In this document: one piece after another, positions 34,402 through 44,545 of the stretch
Position numbering within the stretch: the first letter of the stretch is position 1
How the letters are laid out: the number at the start of each line of letters is the position of its first letter
Origin: a virus
Taxonomy: Duplodnaviria; Caudoviricetes
Strand: one strand, 5' to 3'
Virus record (IMG/VR): IMGVR_UViG_3300031834_000006
Location: 1-58,600 of that record
DNA length: 58,600 nt
Notes under the pieces: model-generated
What the model was told of the DNA's origin: nothing
Database searches by the model: none
Seen by the model: only the letters and a program-made list of their open reading frames with translations
Position numbers and translations under genes: made by a program

Positions 34402-34746
34402 ATGAACAAAGAAAACGCACACTTATTCCTACCACTCATCCAAGCACTAATTGATGGTAAGCAACTACAATATAAATACAATCGCCTAAGTTGGGAGGAC
34501 TTTGAAAAGGACGAGGAGATAGGGTTCAACGACGACTTAGAAAATTACCGCATCAAGCCCGAACCTAGAACATGGGATGTAGTTCCAACAGAGTTTGCTG
34601 AACAATTAGAACGCGAACTAACCGCCGTCACCGAGCAACGGGACAGGCTAGCGGAGGCACTGGAGTACATTCTAGGTATCGGTCTAACGCAGAAAACCAA
34701 AGTAAAAGCTGAGGAGGCACTCCAATCCACAAACGCAAATGACTAA
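34402..34746 (+). CDS. Hypothetical protein
   Basis: 114 aa ORF in a coupled cluster. Confidence 0.7.
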   Translation: MNKENAHLFLPLIQALIDGKQLQYKYNRLSWEDFEKDEEIGFNDDLENYRIKPEPRTWDVVPTEFAEQLERELTAVTEQRDRLAEALEYILGIGLTQKTKVKAEEALQSTNAND

Positions 34747-35128
34747 CACACCAGAAACAGACGAATGGTATGTCACCGAAAATCATTACGGTGCAGGAGG
34801 TGTTACAATGACTGACACACCAGAAACAGACCAATGCGTAAAAGAAAACAGGCACATAAGATTCCTAGAGGACGATTATTGGTCTTTGAATAGTAAGGCT
34901 ACATATACGAGTGCAGTAGTTTGCTTGTGTAGGAAGCTAGAACGCCAACGCGACGAGGCCATCCGTAGCTGCCACATCTGGCAAAAGGGACACGCTGAGT
35001 TAGTTTTGGAGCGGGATTATTTATTAAACCTGTTACAGCTTAACCAGCCCGAACGAAAACATATAGGCCGCTGGGGTCACAACCGACAAGAATTCACATC
35101 ACCGTACATAAACCAAGCCAATGAGTAA
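34739..35128 (+). CDS. Hypothetical protein
   Basis: 129 aa; duplicated MTxTPETD start (alternative start 34808). Confidence 0.6.
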   Translation: MTNTPETDEWYVTENHYGAGGVTMTDTPETDQCVKENRHIRFLEDDYWSLNSKATYTSAVVCLCRKLERQRDEAIRSCHIWQKGHAELVLERDYLLNLLQLNQPERKHIGRWGHNRQEFTSPYINQANE

Positions 35129-35348
35129 ATACATAACAAGCATCATAAGCACTGTCGTACACATGGATGACCGAAACCCTGTATTTGGCGACGAAATTAT
35201 CACAATCACCATCGACGATGAAGCTGCTGGGGGATTCATCGTACTTACTCAAAACGAGCAAACTATAAAAATAGATCCTGACGAGCTACAATTGATTACA
35301 AAAACTGCAATGAAAATGCTAGCCAATTACAAAAAGCATGAGAAGTAA
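35121..35348 (+). CDS. Hypothetical protein
   Basis: 75 aa containing ITIDDEAAGGFIVL. Confidence 0.7.
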   Translation: MSKYITSIISTVVHMDDRNPVFGDEIITITIDDEAAGGFIVLTQNEQTIKIDPDELQLITKTAMKMLANYKKHEK

Positions 35349-35622
35349 AACCGAAACAATTATTGGCGCGTTACGCGTACTAGCTAACGACATTCAAAGC
35401 GGAGATGGCTTAGCCAACGCTGCCATTGCGGAGGCAGCAGACCGAATAGAGGAGCTATGCAGCGAATTGCTATTTCAGAAACGGCTAGCTGAAAAGTATG
35501 TGGGAGCAGGTAAAATCTGCGCTAAAATATACATAGCTAGAAACATAAGCCTTTCAGAAAAAGATGTGGTTTCAGCATTAGCTGAACTCGACAAACTTTA
35601 CCGCGATGAAAACCATAACTAA
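35338..35622 (+). CDS. Hypothetical protein
   Basis: 94 aa containing ANAAIAEAADRIEEL. Confidence 0.7.
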   Translation: MRSKTETIIGALRVLANDIQSGDGLANAAIAEAADRIEELCSELLFQKRLAEKYVGAGKICAKIYIARNISLSEKDVVSALAELDKLYRDENHN

Positions 35623-35839
35623 ACCGTTACAAATTGTCACACGTTCAAATATTATGAAACCAAACATATACAACATATTAAGAGATGCCGTTGAAGCTGG
35701 AACCATAAAAGGAATCCGAAGAGCGCACAAACACGAAGATGATCCTACACACGACGCTATTGAGTCCGAAGTTGTAGCCGCCATTCTGTTGGAATTTGAT
35801 CATTATTTTACCTTTGACATACCAGCACTAGACCGATGA
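35606..35839 (+). CDS. Hypothetical protein
   Basis: 77 aa (may start at the internal MKPNIY). Confidence 0.65.
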   Translation: MKTITKPLQIVTRSNIMKPNIYNILRDAVEAGTIKGIRRAHKHEDDPTHDAIESEVVAAILLEFDHYFTFDIPALDR

Positions 35840-36054
35840 GAACAACAAAAGAAGTAGAGTTGCAGGAGCGCGTAGACGAGCTTACTGCGGAACGAGATCT
35901 ATGGGCGCAAGAAGCTACCCGCTGGCGGGATATGTACATGGAGTACGACGAAATGTTGGAGGAACAAGTGCAAACCGCAGCGGATCGTTTGGATAAAGTC
36001 TGGGAAGACTTGGACAAACTAAAGAAACAAATACAAGACGAGCTGTTTGAATAG
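35836..36054 (+). CDS. Hypothetical coiled-coil protein
   Basis: 72 aa; ATGA overlap. Confidence 0.65.
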   Translation: MRTTKEVELQERVDELTAERDLWAQEATRWRDMYMEYDEMLEEQVQTAADRLDKVWEDLDKLKKQIQDELFE

Positions 36055-36058
36055 CGTA

Positions 36059-36087
36059 TTGACTTTAGCAAGCAAATACGTTATTAC
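36059..36087 (+). promoter_or_regulatory. Sigma70-type promoter, leaderless resolvase mRNA
   Basis: TTGACT-N17-TATTAC, 6 nt before ATG 36094. Confidence 0.5.
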
Positions 36088-36093
36088 CTTTGG

Positions 36094-36645
36094 ATGCAAA
36101 TTATTATTGGCATCGACAATGGTCTTAACGGAGGCTTGTGCGCCTTGAACCGTGAATCTTTGGAAATTGTTGGGCTGGCCCCAATGCCTTGTAAGCCATT
36201 TGGATTTAAAAACGAAATTGACGTACAAGCAGTTTTAAGTTGGGCCCAACAATTTCCAAACGCAACCGTTGCAATTGAAGAGCCCTTGCACTTTGCCGCG
36301 ACCTTGGCATCAATGCGGAGCATGATGTTAAGTTTTGGCAAAATTGTAGGTGCGTGCACCGTTTTACAAGTACCGTGTATTCGGGTTCAGGTAAAGGACT
36401 GGCAAGACGCAATGTTGGGTGTAAGAAAAACAAAAGGGTTGACAAAAATAATCGCTTTGGATAAAGCAAGCAAGCGTTGGCCGAAACAGAAGTGGAACGT
36501 TGGACGCGGAAAAGTACCGCACGATGGAATAATTGACGCATCCTTAATTGCAATTTACGCAAATGAAAATATCATATTTGAACCAAGAAGACCTGCCCGT
36601 AGAAATAGAAATACTAGGGCCCGGAAAGTGGCTGGTAAGCCTTAA
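36094..36645 (+). CDS. RuvC-like Holliday junction resolvase
   Basis: IIGIDNGLNGGL, VAIEE, SFG, WQ and HDGIIDASLIA RuvC motifs. Confidence 0.85.
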   Translation: MQIIIGIDNGLNGGLCALNRESLEIVGLAPMPCKPFGFKNEIDVQAVLSWAQQFPNATVAIEEPLHFAATLASMRSMMLSFGKIVGACTVLQVPCIRVQVKDWQDAMLGVRKTKGLTKIIALDKASKRWPKQKWNVGRGKVPHDGIIDASLIAIYANENIIFEPRRPARRNRNTRARKVAGKP

Positions 36646-36808
36646 CGTGGACGAAACAGCTTCGACCGAGTTCTTGGTAGGAACTTCCTTGAACCAATAC
36701 AATCCCGGCCTACCCAACCACATAATTAAAGCCGTACGACAAGAACCGTACGCCGTGGACCCAAGCGGGTACGAGTACTTTGGCTGGATTATTTATACTG
36801 CTTTATGA
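36563..36808 (+). CDS. Hypothetical protein
   Basis: MKISYLNQ...; overlaps the resolvase tail and is ATGA-coupled to the helicase. Confidence 0.5.
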   Translation: MKISYLNQEDLPVEIEILGPGKWLVSLNVDETASTEFLVGTSLNQYNPGLPNHIIKAVRQEPYAVDPSGYEYFGWIIYTAL

Positions 36809-38112
36809 AAACTTTATACCCCGCGCAACAAACGGCCTTAGAATTTTTTGTGCAAGCCCAAAACAAAGGCCAAGGTACCTTGGATAGCAGCGTTGTTGGA
36901 ACTGGCAAGACCGTAGTTTCGGCTCACCTGATCCAAAGTTTGGGTCAACCGTTTGCCGTGGTTTGCCCAAAAGCGGTTATTACAAGCTGGAAACGTGAGC
37001 TAGCCCTGCACGGAGTAGAACCTTTGTTCGTACTAAACTACGAGCAAATACGAAACGGAAAAACTGAATTTTTAAAGAAGGCCGGAAAAAAGATTATGCG
37101 GTGGCGGTTGCCGCCCAACACCCTATTAATTTTTGACGAAGTGCAAAAGTGCAAAAGCCCGTTTACGCAAAACGCCCAGCTTTTAATTTCGGCTAAGCAG
37201 CAAGGCATTAGGGTCCACCTGCTAAGCGCAACAGCCTGTGAAGACCCAACCGAAATGCGCTCAATTGGTTTTGCTTTGGGCCTACACAACTTAAATAACA
37301 GCAACGGCAAATTAAAGAGTTGGCAGAGCTGGATGTACACGGTTGGTTGCAAGCCAGATATTTGGGGCGCGTGGTGCTTAATTAACCAAAAAAAGCTTAA
37401 GGACGTAAAGGACCAGATTTACAAAATAAACAAAAACGGATTTCGTTTAACCGTTGCGGATTTTCCGGATTCTTTTAAAGACAACCGAGTTCAAATTTTG
37501 CCAGTAAATTGTTTAAAGTCTGTTGGCGCGGCGTACACCAAAAACAAATTAAGCGAAAAGGCTTTGCTAAGCTATATTGAAGACGCTGTAATTTTAGAGG
37601 ACGGAGCTGAAGAGGAGATCTTTATTGTGCGGCTATTACGGGCCCGACAAGAAGCCGAGCTGGGCAAGGTTCCCGAGCTAGTTGCGTTGGCTGAAGACTA
37701 CGTAGAACAAGGCTTGGCCGTTGTGTTGTTTATAAATTTTAGGCAAACAGCCGCAGACTTGGTTGAACACTTAAATTGCCGCGTTATTCAGGGCGGCCAA
37801 ACGGCAGAGGTCCGTCAACAAGCAATAGACCGATTTCAAAAAGACCAAGACAAAGTTTTGGTTGTTAATATTGAAGCTGGCGGGACCGGACTTTCCTTGC
37901 ACGACGTAAACGGAGTAAGGCCGCGAGTAAGTTTAATTAGCCCAACTTTTAATGCTAAGTCACACTTGCAGGTTCTGGGCCGTATACACCGGAACGGAGC
38001 GAAGTCCGACGCTTTGCAACAAATTGTTGTTGCTGCCGATACAGTTGAAGAGGCCGTTGTACAAGCGGTTGTACGCAAGTGCAAAAACATTAAAGAACTG
38101 CACGGAGAATAA
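36805..38112 (+). CDS. SF2 (SNF2-like) helicase
   Basis: GTGKT, FDEVQ, LSAT, AGGTGLSL and QVLGRIHRNG motifs. Confidence 0.92.
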   Translation: MKTLYPAQQTALEFFVQAQNKGQGTLDSSVVGTGKTVVSAHLIQSLGQPFAVVCPKAVITSWKRELALHGVEPLFVLNYEQIRNGKTEFLKKAGKKIMRWRLPPNTLLIFDEVQKCKSPFTQNAQLLISAKQQGIRVHLLSATACEDPTEMRSIGFALGLHNLNNSNGKLKSWQSWMYTVGCKPDIWGAWCLINQKKLKDVKDQIYKINKNGFRLTVADFPDSFKDNRVQILPVNCLKSVGAAYTKNKLSEKALLSYIEDAVILEDGAEEEIFIVRLLRARQEAELGKVPELVALAEDYVEQGLAVVLFINFRQTAADLVEHLNCRVIQGGQTAEVRQQAIDRFQKDQDKVLVVNIEAGGTGLSLHDVNGVRPRVSLISPTFNAKSHLQVLGRIHRNGAKSDALQQIVVAADTVEEAVVQAVVRKCKNIKELHGE

Positions 38113-38168
38113 TTTTAGTTGACCGAAACAAAATTGTAGAATAAGAAGCGTTTTCACACACACAAAAA

Positions 38169-39308
38169 ATGAGCAATACACCAGACCATTCAGAAAGAGC
38201 CCACGCCGAGTTCGGCCCAAGCAGCCTAAAGTACGTCCACGCTTGCGCGGGTTGGGAAAGCCAAGGAGGCACAAACCCGGCAGCCGAAATGGGCACGCGG
38301 ATCCACGAAGCGGTTGAAGTCCTAGACCCTAGCGCGTTGCACAACGAGCAAGAAGTAGAAATCTACCGCAAGCTAATTGAGGACATGGAAGGTGCCTTGC
38401 AGTACCTACACGACAAGGCTGGGGTCCAGCCAACCGTGCACCAAGAAATTCGTTTGGAAATGCAATTAAACGGGTGCGAAACTTTTGGCACCGCAGACAT
38501 TGTGGCGGTTGCCGGAACTTACGCGGTTCTACACGACCACAAAACTGGAATTGGTCGGGTAGATGCGCCGCCTAAAAACTGGCAAAGTAAGGCATACGCC
38601 GTTGGCGTATTTCAACAATTCCCAGAAGTCCAAACTATTTTTGCGAGCTTCAGTTTGCCCCAGCGCGGCGAGCTTTTAATTGGCGAGTACACGCGGGACC
38701 AGTTACCGGAGTACGTGGAAGAAATTTCTTTGGTAATTCAAGCGGGGCAAAGAGTCCGGCCGTTGTGGACCGGAAAAACTATTCCAGAAGTAGATGACTT
38801 GGATATTAACAGCGGGTGCCAGTACTGCTTGCACCGAGACCGTTGCCCCGCTCTTGGCCACACAGCCATTGAGATTGTTAAAAGATCCAAACCGGATGTT
38901 TTACCGGAAGGAACTTTAATTACTGAAGAAATCGAGGACCTAGAAGTCTTGGCCAAACTCTATGTTATTGCTTCAATTATTGAAAAATGGGCGGAAGGAA
39001 TCCGCGCTAAAGCAGTAGCGAAAGCCAAGGAAGGCTTTGAATTGCCGGGCTTGCGCTTAAAAAGTATGGGTGCAACAAAAGTAATTGTTGACAAGCAAGC
39101 ATTCTTTGATTATGTAAACGAGCTCGGAATTGACCAGAACTCAATACTGGACTTAGTTCAAATCCCAGTTGCCAAAGTTCGCGACCTGTACGCGTCTAGA
39201 GCACCAAAGGGAAAGAAAACTGAATGGAGTCGCAAGTTTGAGTTGGAACTCGAAGCTGAAGAAATTTTGGAAAAAGGAACCGAACGGTTTACCTTGGCCC
39301 AAGACTAA
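38169..39308 (+). CDS. PD-(D/E)XK Cas4-like exonuclease (DUF2800-type)
   Basis: HAEFGPSSL...C...GTRIHE...FGTAD...DHKTG...CQYC..CP. Confidence 0.85.
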   Translation: MSNTPDHSERAHAEFGPSSLKYVHACAGWESQGGTNPAAEMGTRIHEAVEVLDPSALHNEQEVEIYRKLIEDMEGALQYLHDKAGVQPTVHQEIRLEMQLNGCETFGTADIVAVAGTYAVLHDHKTGIGRVDAPPKNWQSKAYAVGVFQQFPEVQTIFASFSLPQRGELLIGEYTRDQLPEYVEEISLVIQAGQRVRPLWTGKTIPEVDDLDINSGCQYCLHRDRCPALGHTAIEIVKRSKPDVLPEGTLITEEIEDLEVLAKLYVIASIIEKWAEGIRAKAVAKAKEGFELPGLRLKSMGATKVIVDKQAFFDYVNELGIDQNSILDLVQIPVAKVRDLYASRAPKGKKTEWSRKFELELEAEEILEKGTERFTLAQD

Positions 39309-39366
39309 GGCCAAACGTGGAACGCCAGCCTAAAATAAATTGGATTGCCACAACGAAAATAGAAAA

Positions 39367-40062
39367 GTGAAAACACTAAATAAAGAAACAGAAGTAGTTA
39401 CAGCCGAACTGGTTGTACCCGCCACAGCAGAACTAGCTACAGCCCCGAACTACAATTCGGGCTTTAACTCGGAGGATTTCCATATCCCCCGCTTGAACTG
39501 CATTCAAAAAATGAGCGAAATCGAAGGCCACCCCGGAGATATTGTTTTGGACCGCCGAGCCGCAATCCTTAAGCCCGGAAACAAATTGCCAGTAACGGTT
39601 GTTTCTATTAGCAAAAGCTGGACCGAAAAGGTTCCGTTTGAAGGTGAGCACAAAGCAAAGTATGCAAATACTCCAGAACAAGCTGCGGAGCTAAAACGTG
39701 AAAGCAACTTCCCAATTATTCCTGTTGCGGATATTGTTTTGTTGGTTCCTTATGACCCAAGCGTTAGCTCAATTGACGAAGAAGAGGCCGCTGAGTTGTT
39801 CCCATTTTTGGTAGGCGATACCGCTTATCAATTGGCAAAGCTCACGGTTCAAAGCTTTGCTTATGACCACACGTTTAAAATTGTAAATAGCTTCCACACC
39901 GGAAATCCAAACCTAACCTTAACTGGTCAGAGCTGGAACCTCGGCTCGCTTCTTTTGGAGCGCGGACGCTATAGTTGGTACGTGCCAGTTCTTGGCCGTA
40001 GTAATCGTACGCAAGACCCAGCGGTATTTACATTTATTAACCGTTTAGTAATTGGACAATGA
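39367..40062 (+). CDS. Putative ssDNA-binding/annealing protein
   Basis: Lies between the nuclease and polymerase; DFHIPRLNCIQKMS motif; aromatic C-terminal YSWYVP. Confidence 0.5.
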   Translation: MKTLNKETEVVTAELVVPATAELATAPNYNSGFNSEDFHIPRLNCIQKMSEIEGHPGDIVLDRRAAILKPGNKLPVTVVSISKSWTEKVPFEGEHKAKYANTPEQAAELKRESNFPIIPVADIVLLVPYDPSVSSIDEEEAAELFPFLVGDTAYQLAKLTVQSFAYDHTFKIVNSFHTGNPNLTLTGQSWNLGSLLLERGRYSWYVPVLGRSNRTQDPAVFTFINRLVIGQ

Positions 40063-40271
40063 GCCTACAAATAGCAGAACATCCGAACCCGTTGCCGATC
40101 CTTAAGAAGGAGCGCGAAAGCATTAACGGGGTATGTGAAGAGCTTGAAGACAACGTCAGCAAGCTTATTACACAATTGCACGGCCTTTGCGCTGTGCGCA
40201 ACGCGCTTGACAACGAAATTACAAAGCTTAGCGGCCAGTCGCAACAGCTTGAGTTTGAAATTGTTGAGTAA
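40059..40271 (+). CDS. Hypothetical coiled-coil protein
   Basis: 70 aa; ATGA overlap. Confidence 0.6.
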   Translation: MSLQIAEHPNPLPILKKERESINGVCEELEDNVSKLITQLHGLCAVRNALDNEITKLSGQSQQLEFEIVE

Positions 40272-40288
40272 AAATAAAACCTAAAAAC

Positions 40289-40327
40289 AAAGGTGCCTAT
40301 TGCCTTGGTTGCGGTAGGCACCTTTTT
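40289..40327 (+). terminator. Intrinsic terminator before the polymerase gene
   Basis: AAAGGTGCCTA...TAGGCACCTTTTT stem followed by a U-run. Confidence 0.7.
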
Positions 40328-40340
40328 AACGCACAAAATT

Positions 40341-42083
40341 ATGATTACATACGCTGTTGACTTTGAATCGTACTACGACAAAGACTGTTCCATTTCTGTT
40401 TACGGCCCTCGCGGGTACTTTGCTCACCCTAAATTTAACGCTTACATGGTTTCCGTGGTTGGCTGCGACGGTTACGAGTGGTGCGGAGACCCAACCAAAT
40501 TTAACTGGCAATTGCTGGAAGGTCATTTGGTTCTAAGTCACAACGCGTCTTTTGATGAGAGCTTGTATTTGTACGGGGTCGAGCAAGGCTGGTGGGCTTC
40601 TGTTAATTATGCGGAATGGCATTGCACGGCGGACCTTGCGGCCTTTCTAGGAAAGCCTCGGGCCCTAAAAAACGCTGTTAAAGAAGTCTTTGGAGTTGAG
40701 CTAAGCAAAGAAACTCGGGACAACATGAAGGGCCTGAACTGGGAAATAATGGAGCCCGATTTCAAAGCAGAGGTTACAGCTTACGCTTTGGACGATAGCC
40801 GCTGGTGCTTAAGGCTCTGGCAAGAACTGGGTAGTCAGTGGCCAGAATACGAGCGGTACTACAGCGCACACACCCGCAAAATCTGCCGCAGAGGAATTCC
40901 TGTGGACGAAATGCTAATTGAAAAAAACGCTGGCACTTTGCGCGTGGCACTTTTTGAGGCCCAGCAAGCTATTCCTTGGCGAGACTCAGGGGCTTTGCTA
41001 AGCCGAACCGAAGCAAACAAGGCTTGCCGCGCAGCCGGAATTATACCGCCAAAGAGCTGGGCAATGGGAGACGAAGAGTGCGAGGCTTGGCTAGACCAGC
41101 ACGCCGAGACTTTTCCTTGGGTTTACGCGGTGCGTAGCTACCGCCGGATTAATGCGTTGCTAAAGAAGGTTGAGTCCTTTGAAAAAGGAACTTTTAACAA
41201 CCGGTACTACGGCGGCCTAATGTACTGCGGAGCCCACACCAAACGCTTTAGTGGAAGCGGCGGCAACTTAAACTTACAAAACTTGCCACGCAAAGAAATG
41301 TTCGGGGTGGACTTGCGTGCGCAAATTGTAGCTCCGGAAGGATCCAGCTTTGTAGTTGTTGACCTTAGCCAAATCGAAGTTCGTACTTTGTGCTGGCTGG
41401 CCAAGGACTGGGATACCCTAAAAGAAATTCGCGGCACGGACGATATGTACGAAGCGTTTGCAATTCGTTTTGGGCTTTGGAGCAAGGGACAAGGCTCAAT
41501 GAAAGCCTCGAATCCCGCGTTGCGTCAAACGGTAAAGGGCATGGTTTTGGGTTGCGGGTACGGGGCCTCGGCAAAGAAGTACGCAATGATTATGAAGTGC
41601 AGCTTGGAAGAAGCCACAAAAAGTATAAGGCTTTACCAAACCAAAATGAACAAGGTTGTGGAGCTCTGGCGCAAGTTTGAACGCGAAATTAAAATGTCGT
41701 CCAAGTCCGGTGAGTACCGCGTTGAGCTGCCCAGCGGAAACGCCATGCACTACAAAAGCGTTAGCAAAACCGCAGACGCTTTGGTTTGCACAATGGTGCG
41801 AAATGGACGGCCTGTTCTGGTACGGCCTTGGCACGGAATGCTTACCGAGAACTGTAGCCAGAGCTTGGCCAGAGATATTTTTTGCTACCACCTACGCCAA
41901 ATCGAGGAGGCCGGACACAAAATCATTTTGCACGTACACGACGAAGTGGTAATTGAGTGCGCGGACGCGGACGCACAAAGCACTTTAACCAACGTGGTTG
42001 CGCTTATGCGCACGCCACCGCCTTGGGTCCCAGACATACCCTTGGACGCGGAAGGGCACACCGTTAAAGTTTATTCAAAATAA
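40341..42083 (+). CDS. polA: DNA polymerase family A with a 3'-5' exonuclease domain
   Basis: Exo I VDFESY, Exo II HNASFD, motif A VDLSQIEVR, motif B RQTVKGMVLGCGYG, motif C HVHDEV. Confidence 0.95.
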   Translation: MITYAVDFESYYDKDCSISVYGPRGYFAHPKFNAYMVSVVGCDGYEWCGDPTKFNWQLLEGHLVLSHNASFDESLYLYGVEQGWWASVNYAEWHCTADLAAFLGKPRALKNAVKEVFGVELSKETRDNMKGLNWEIMEPDFKAEVTAYALDDSRWCLRLWQELGSQWPEYERYYSAHTRKICRRGIPVDEMLIEKNAGTLRVALFEAQQAIPWRDSGALLSRTEANKACRAAGIIPPKSWAMGDEECEAWLDQHAETFPWVYAVRSYRRINALLKKVESFEKGTFNNRYYGGLMYCGAHTKRFSGSGGNLNLQNLPRKEMFGVDLRAQIVAPEGSSFVVVDLSQIEVRTLCWLAKDWDTLKEIRGTDDMYEAFAIRFGLWSKGQGSMKASNPALRQTVKGMVLGCGYGASAKKYAMIMKCSLEEATKSIRLYQTKMNKVVELWRKFEREIKMSSKSGEYRVELPSGNAMHYKSVSKTADALVCTMVRNGRPVLVRPWHGMLTENCSQSLARDIFCYHLRQIEEAGHKIILHVHDEVVIECADADAQSTLTNVVALMRTPPPWVPDIPLDAEGHTVKVYSK

Positions 42084-42128
42084 TTTCTTGACCAAACACC
42101 AAACACCAAATAACAACAAACCAACTCC

Positions 42129-44267
42129 ATGAAATACTACCTAATACCAAACCTTCGTTCCGATGCAGCAAGCCCTTTTGACCCAAACGTGTGGGTTTGC
42201 AATTATCCAGACCTTAAAAGCAAATCAGCTTTCCGAGCTTGGTGCGCTAGCGTGGATACCAAGCACGCCTTTATTTCAGGCGTGGAGGGCCTTAACCCAA
42301 ACGAGCGCGTGGGCGTTCAAAACCCACCTTGCAAGCTGCACGCGTTTGTTGTGGACTACGACGTACCCGTTGATTGGGCCACGCTTAAAGAAACTGTAAA
42401 CAAGAAGCGTGGTTCAGGTCCAATGCCAACGTGGGCCATTAAAACGTGGAGCGGTCACCTACGCTTGGTTTGGGAGCTGGCCGAGCCTTTAATGGTTACC
42501 GAAGACACAGCCGAATTGGTTTTGGAGCAGCTTAGCAAAATTGTAAATGCGCAAAAGCTATACGCTGGTTACGACTCAACAAGCACCAAGCCCAGCCAGT
42601 ACTTCGAAGCCGGAACCAACTGGCAAAACTTTGGTGGCCAGATTTCTGCGGGGGACGGGCTTACCGCGTTATTTAAGGTTGGCACAGGCAAAAAGATTGT
42701 TACGGACGTATCGGTTCCCTTGGACGTAGTAGCCGCTGAAGTTGCGGAGCGTTGGCCAAACCGTTGGAAAGGCGAGTTCGTGGAAGGTTCCAGAGGCCCT
42801 TTGTTTTGGATTGAAGACGGAGTTGAGCGGGACGGAGCAATGGTAAAGGCCGAAGGAATGATCTGTTACAGCGACCGAGCCGGAGCACCTTTTGTTAGCT
42901 GGCGTGAAATCTTGGGCAACACGTTTGTTCAGAAATTTGAAACAAAAAGATTGGTCGAGGGCGTAAGCGATATTTGGTACGACGGCCGAGACTTTTGGAT
43001 TACAGGTCCGCTAGGACCAATTCGCAATATCCGAGACAACGTAATTCTGCACTTAAAAATGGCCGGGTTTAGCCAAGAGAAAAAGAAGGGCCAGAAAGTA
43101 ACGGAAATCGAAGCGGCTTTGCACCACATTATTACGCACAACCGCGTTGACGGGGCCGCTCCTTTTGTGTTCCGCGAAGAACGATTAATTATTGAGTCGG
43201 ACGGAAGACGCTTGGTAAACACCAGCCGTTGCAAGGCTTTGGTTCCTGCGGTAACTGGCGAGCCTTCAGACTGGCCTTGGCTGCACAGCTTCTTCCAAAG
43301 GTTCTTTGACCCAATTGCAGACGAGCTAGGATGCACTCCCTTGGAATTTTGGTACGCGTGGCTTAGCCGGGCTTACCAAGCATCGTACTACAAGCGTCAG
43401 CTTAGCGGTCACGCCGTAATTATTGCTGGGCCTCCTCGGCGCGGTAAGACCTTGCTTAGCCAGTTTATTGTGGGCAACTTGTTGGGGGGTCACGCCGACG
43501 CAAGCGAGTACCTAAGCGCAAAAACCACGTTTAACAAAGCCTTAAGCGAGGTTCCGGTTTGGACCGTGGACGACTCTGTTTCCGCAACCAACTTTGCGGA
43601 CCACCGCAAGTTTGTGGAAATGCTTAAAAAGCTAGTGGCTAACCCGCGCATTCAAGTCGAAGCAAAGTACGCGGACCGCACCGACATTAATTGGTACGGC
43701 CGCGCTATTATTACTTTAAACGAAGACGCAAACAGCCTAAGCATGATTCCAACCTTGGAAAGTTCGAACCGAGACAAGCTTATGGCTTTCCGTATTGCGC
43801 AAAACTCGTGCCGCGAGTTCTTGCCAAACGAACAGCAAGAGGCTTTAATCCGGCGCGAGCTGCCGTTCTTTGCGCGTTGGCTTTTGGACTACGAGCCGAA
43901 CCAAGCGGTTTTGGGTAGCGCACGTTACGGCATCCGCAGCTACTTCCACCCAATGGTTGAGAATTCTGCAAGGGATTCTAGCACTAGGCAGGGATCCACG
44001 GAGCTCCTAGACATTTTCCTTAAGTACTACTCGGACGCTAACCCGAACCACGAAGTGTGGACGGGCACCACAACCCAGCTAATTGTTGAAATTAACCGTA
44101 TTGACGAGCTCCGAGGTTTCCCAGTGGTGCGCGAACCAATGCGCTTGCAGCGAGACCTTAGCAGCGCGGAAGAGTACTCAGCAAGTAACGCTTTGGCGCG
44201 GAAGATTAATAGTATGTCAACTGGAAGCGGACGGATTTGGACAATTCAAATTAACAGGGCCGAATGA
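42129..44267 (+). CDS. Primase-helicase
   Basis: N-terminal VVDYD and KTWSGH primase-like motifs; C-terminal Walker A GPPRRGKT, VDD and ITLN (SF3-like); promoter-like TTGACC-N17-TAACAA at 42088-42116. Confidence 0.8.
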   Translation: MKYYLIPNLRSDAASPFDPNVWVCNYPDLKSKSAFRAWCASVDTKHAFISGVEGLNPNERVGVQNPPCKLHAFVVDYDVPVDWATLKETVNKKRGSGPMPTWAIKTWSGHLRLVWELAEPLMVTEDTAELVLEQLSKIVNAQKLYAGYDSTSTKPSQYFEAGTNWQNFGGQISAGDGLTALFKVGTGKKIVTDVSVPLDVVAAEVAERWPNRWKGEFVEGSRGPLFWIEDGVERDGAMVKAEGMICYSDRAGAPFVSWREILGNTFVQKFETKRLVEGVSDIWYDGRDFWITGPLGPIRNIRDNVILHLKMAGFSQEKKKGQKVTEIEAALHHIITHNRVDGAAPFVFREERLIIESDGRRLVNTSRCKALVPAVTGEPSDWPWLHSFFQRFFDPIADELGCTPLEFWYAWLSRAYQASYYKRQLSGHAVIIAGPPRRGKTLLSQFIVGNLLGGHADASEYLSAKTTFNKALSEVPVWTVDDSVSATNFADHRKFVEMLKKLVANPRIQVEAKYADRTDINWYGRAIITLNEDANSLSMIPTLESSNRDKLMAFRIAQNSCREFLPNEQQEALIRRELPFFARWLLDYEPNQAVLGSARYGIRSYFHPMVENSARDSSTRQGSTELLDIFLKYYSDANPNHEVWTGTTTQLIVEINRIDELRGFPVVREPMRLQRDLSSAEEYSASNALARKINSMSTGSGRIWTIQINRAE

Positions 44268-44545
44268 AACTTAGAAACTCTTGCTCAATTATGGACAATA
44301 AATTATCGTTTGCTTTGTACGGGAAAAACTGGCAATTAGGTTTTCAGTGCATTATAAGCCCGGACGAAGAAGACCTAGACATAGACATGGACTGCGTTGG
44401 GCGTGTACCTTCCGAAGAACAAGAATACGCTTTTATTTGGATGGACTCGTGCGCGGACGTAGTTGTAGAAAACGGGGGTTACGTTACCGAAATGGACATA
44501 CACGCCGTGTTTAGGGAAATGTTAACCGAAGGGCTAAACCTTTAG
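44264..44545 (+). CDS. Hypothetical acidic protein
   Basis: 93 aa; ATGA overlap; convergent with the next gene. Confidence 0.55.
   Translation: MKLRNSCSIMDNKLSFALYGKNWQLGFQCIISPDEEDLDIDMDCVGRVPSEEQEYAFIWMDSCADVVVENGGYVTEMDIHAVFREMLTEGLNL

Noticed and set aside
38169-39308. Cas4-like gene as part of a CRISPR system
   Set aside because: It is a stand-alone phage replication/recombination nuclease between the helicase and polymerase; no cas1, cas2 or array is present.
40293-40340. N-terminal extension of PolA from GTG 40293
   Set aside because: It overlaps a terminator hairpin; ATG 40341 directly precedes the Exo I motif and is the more plausible start.
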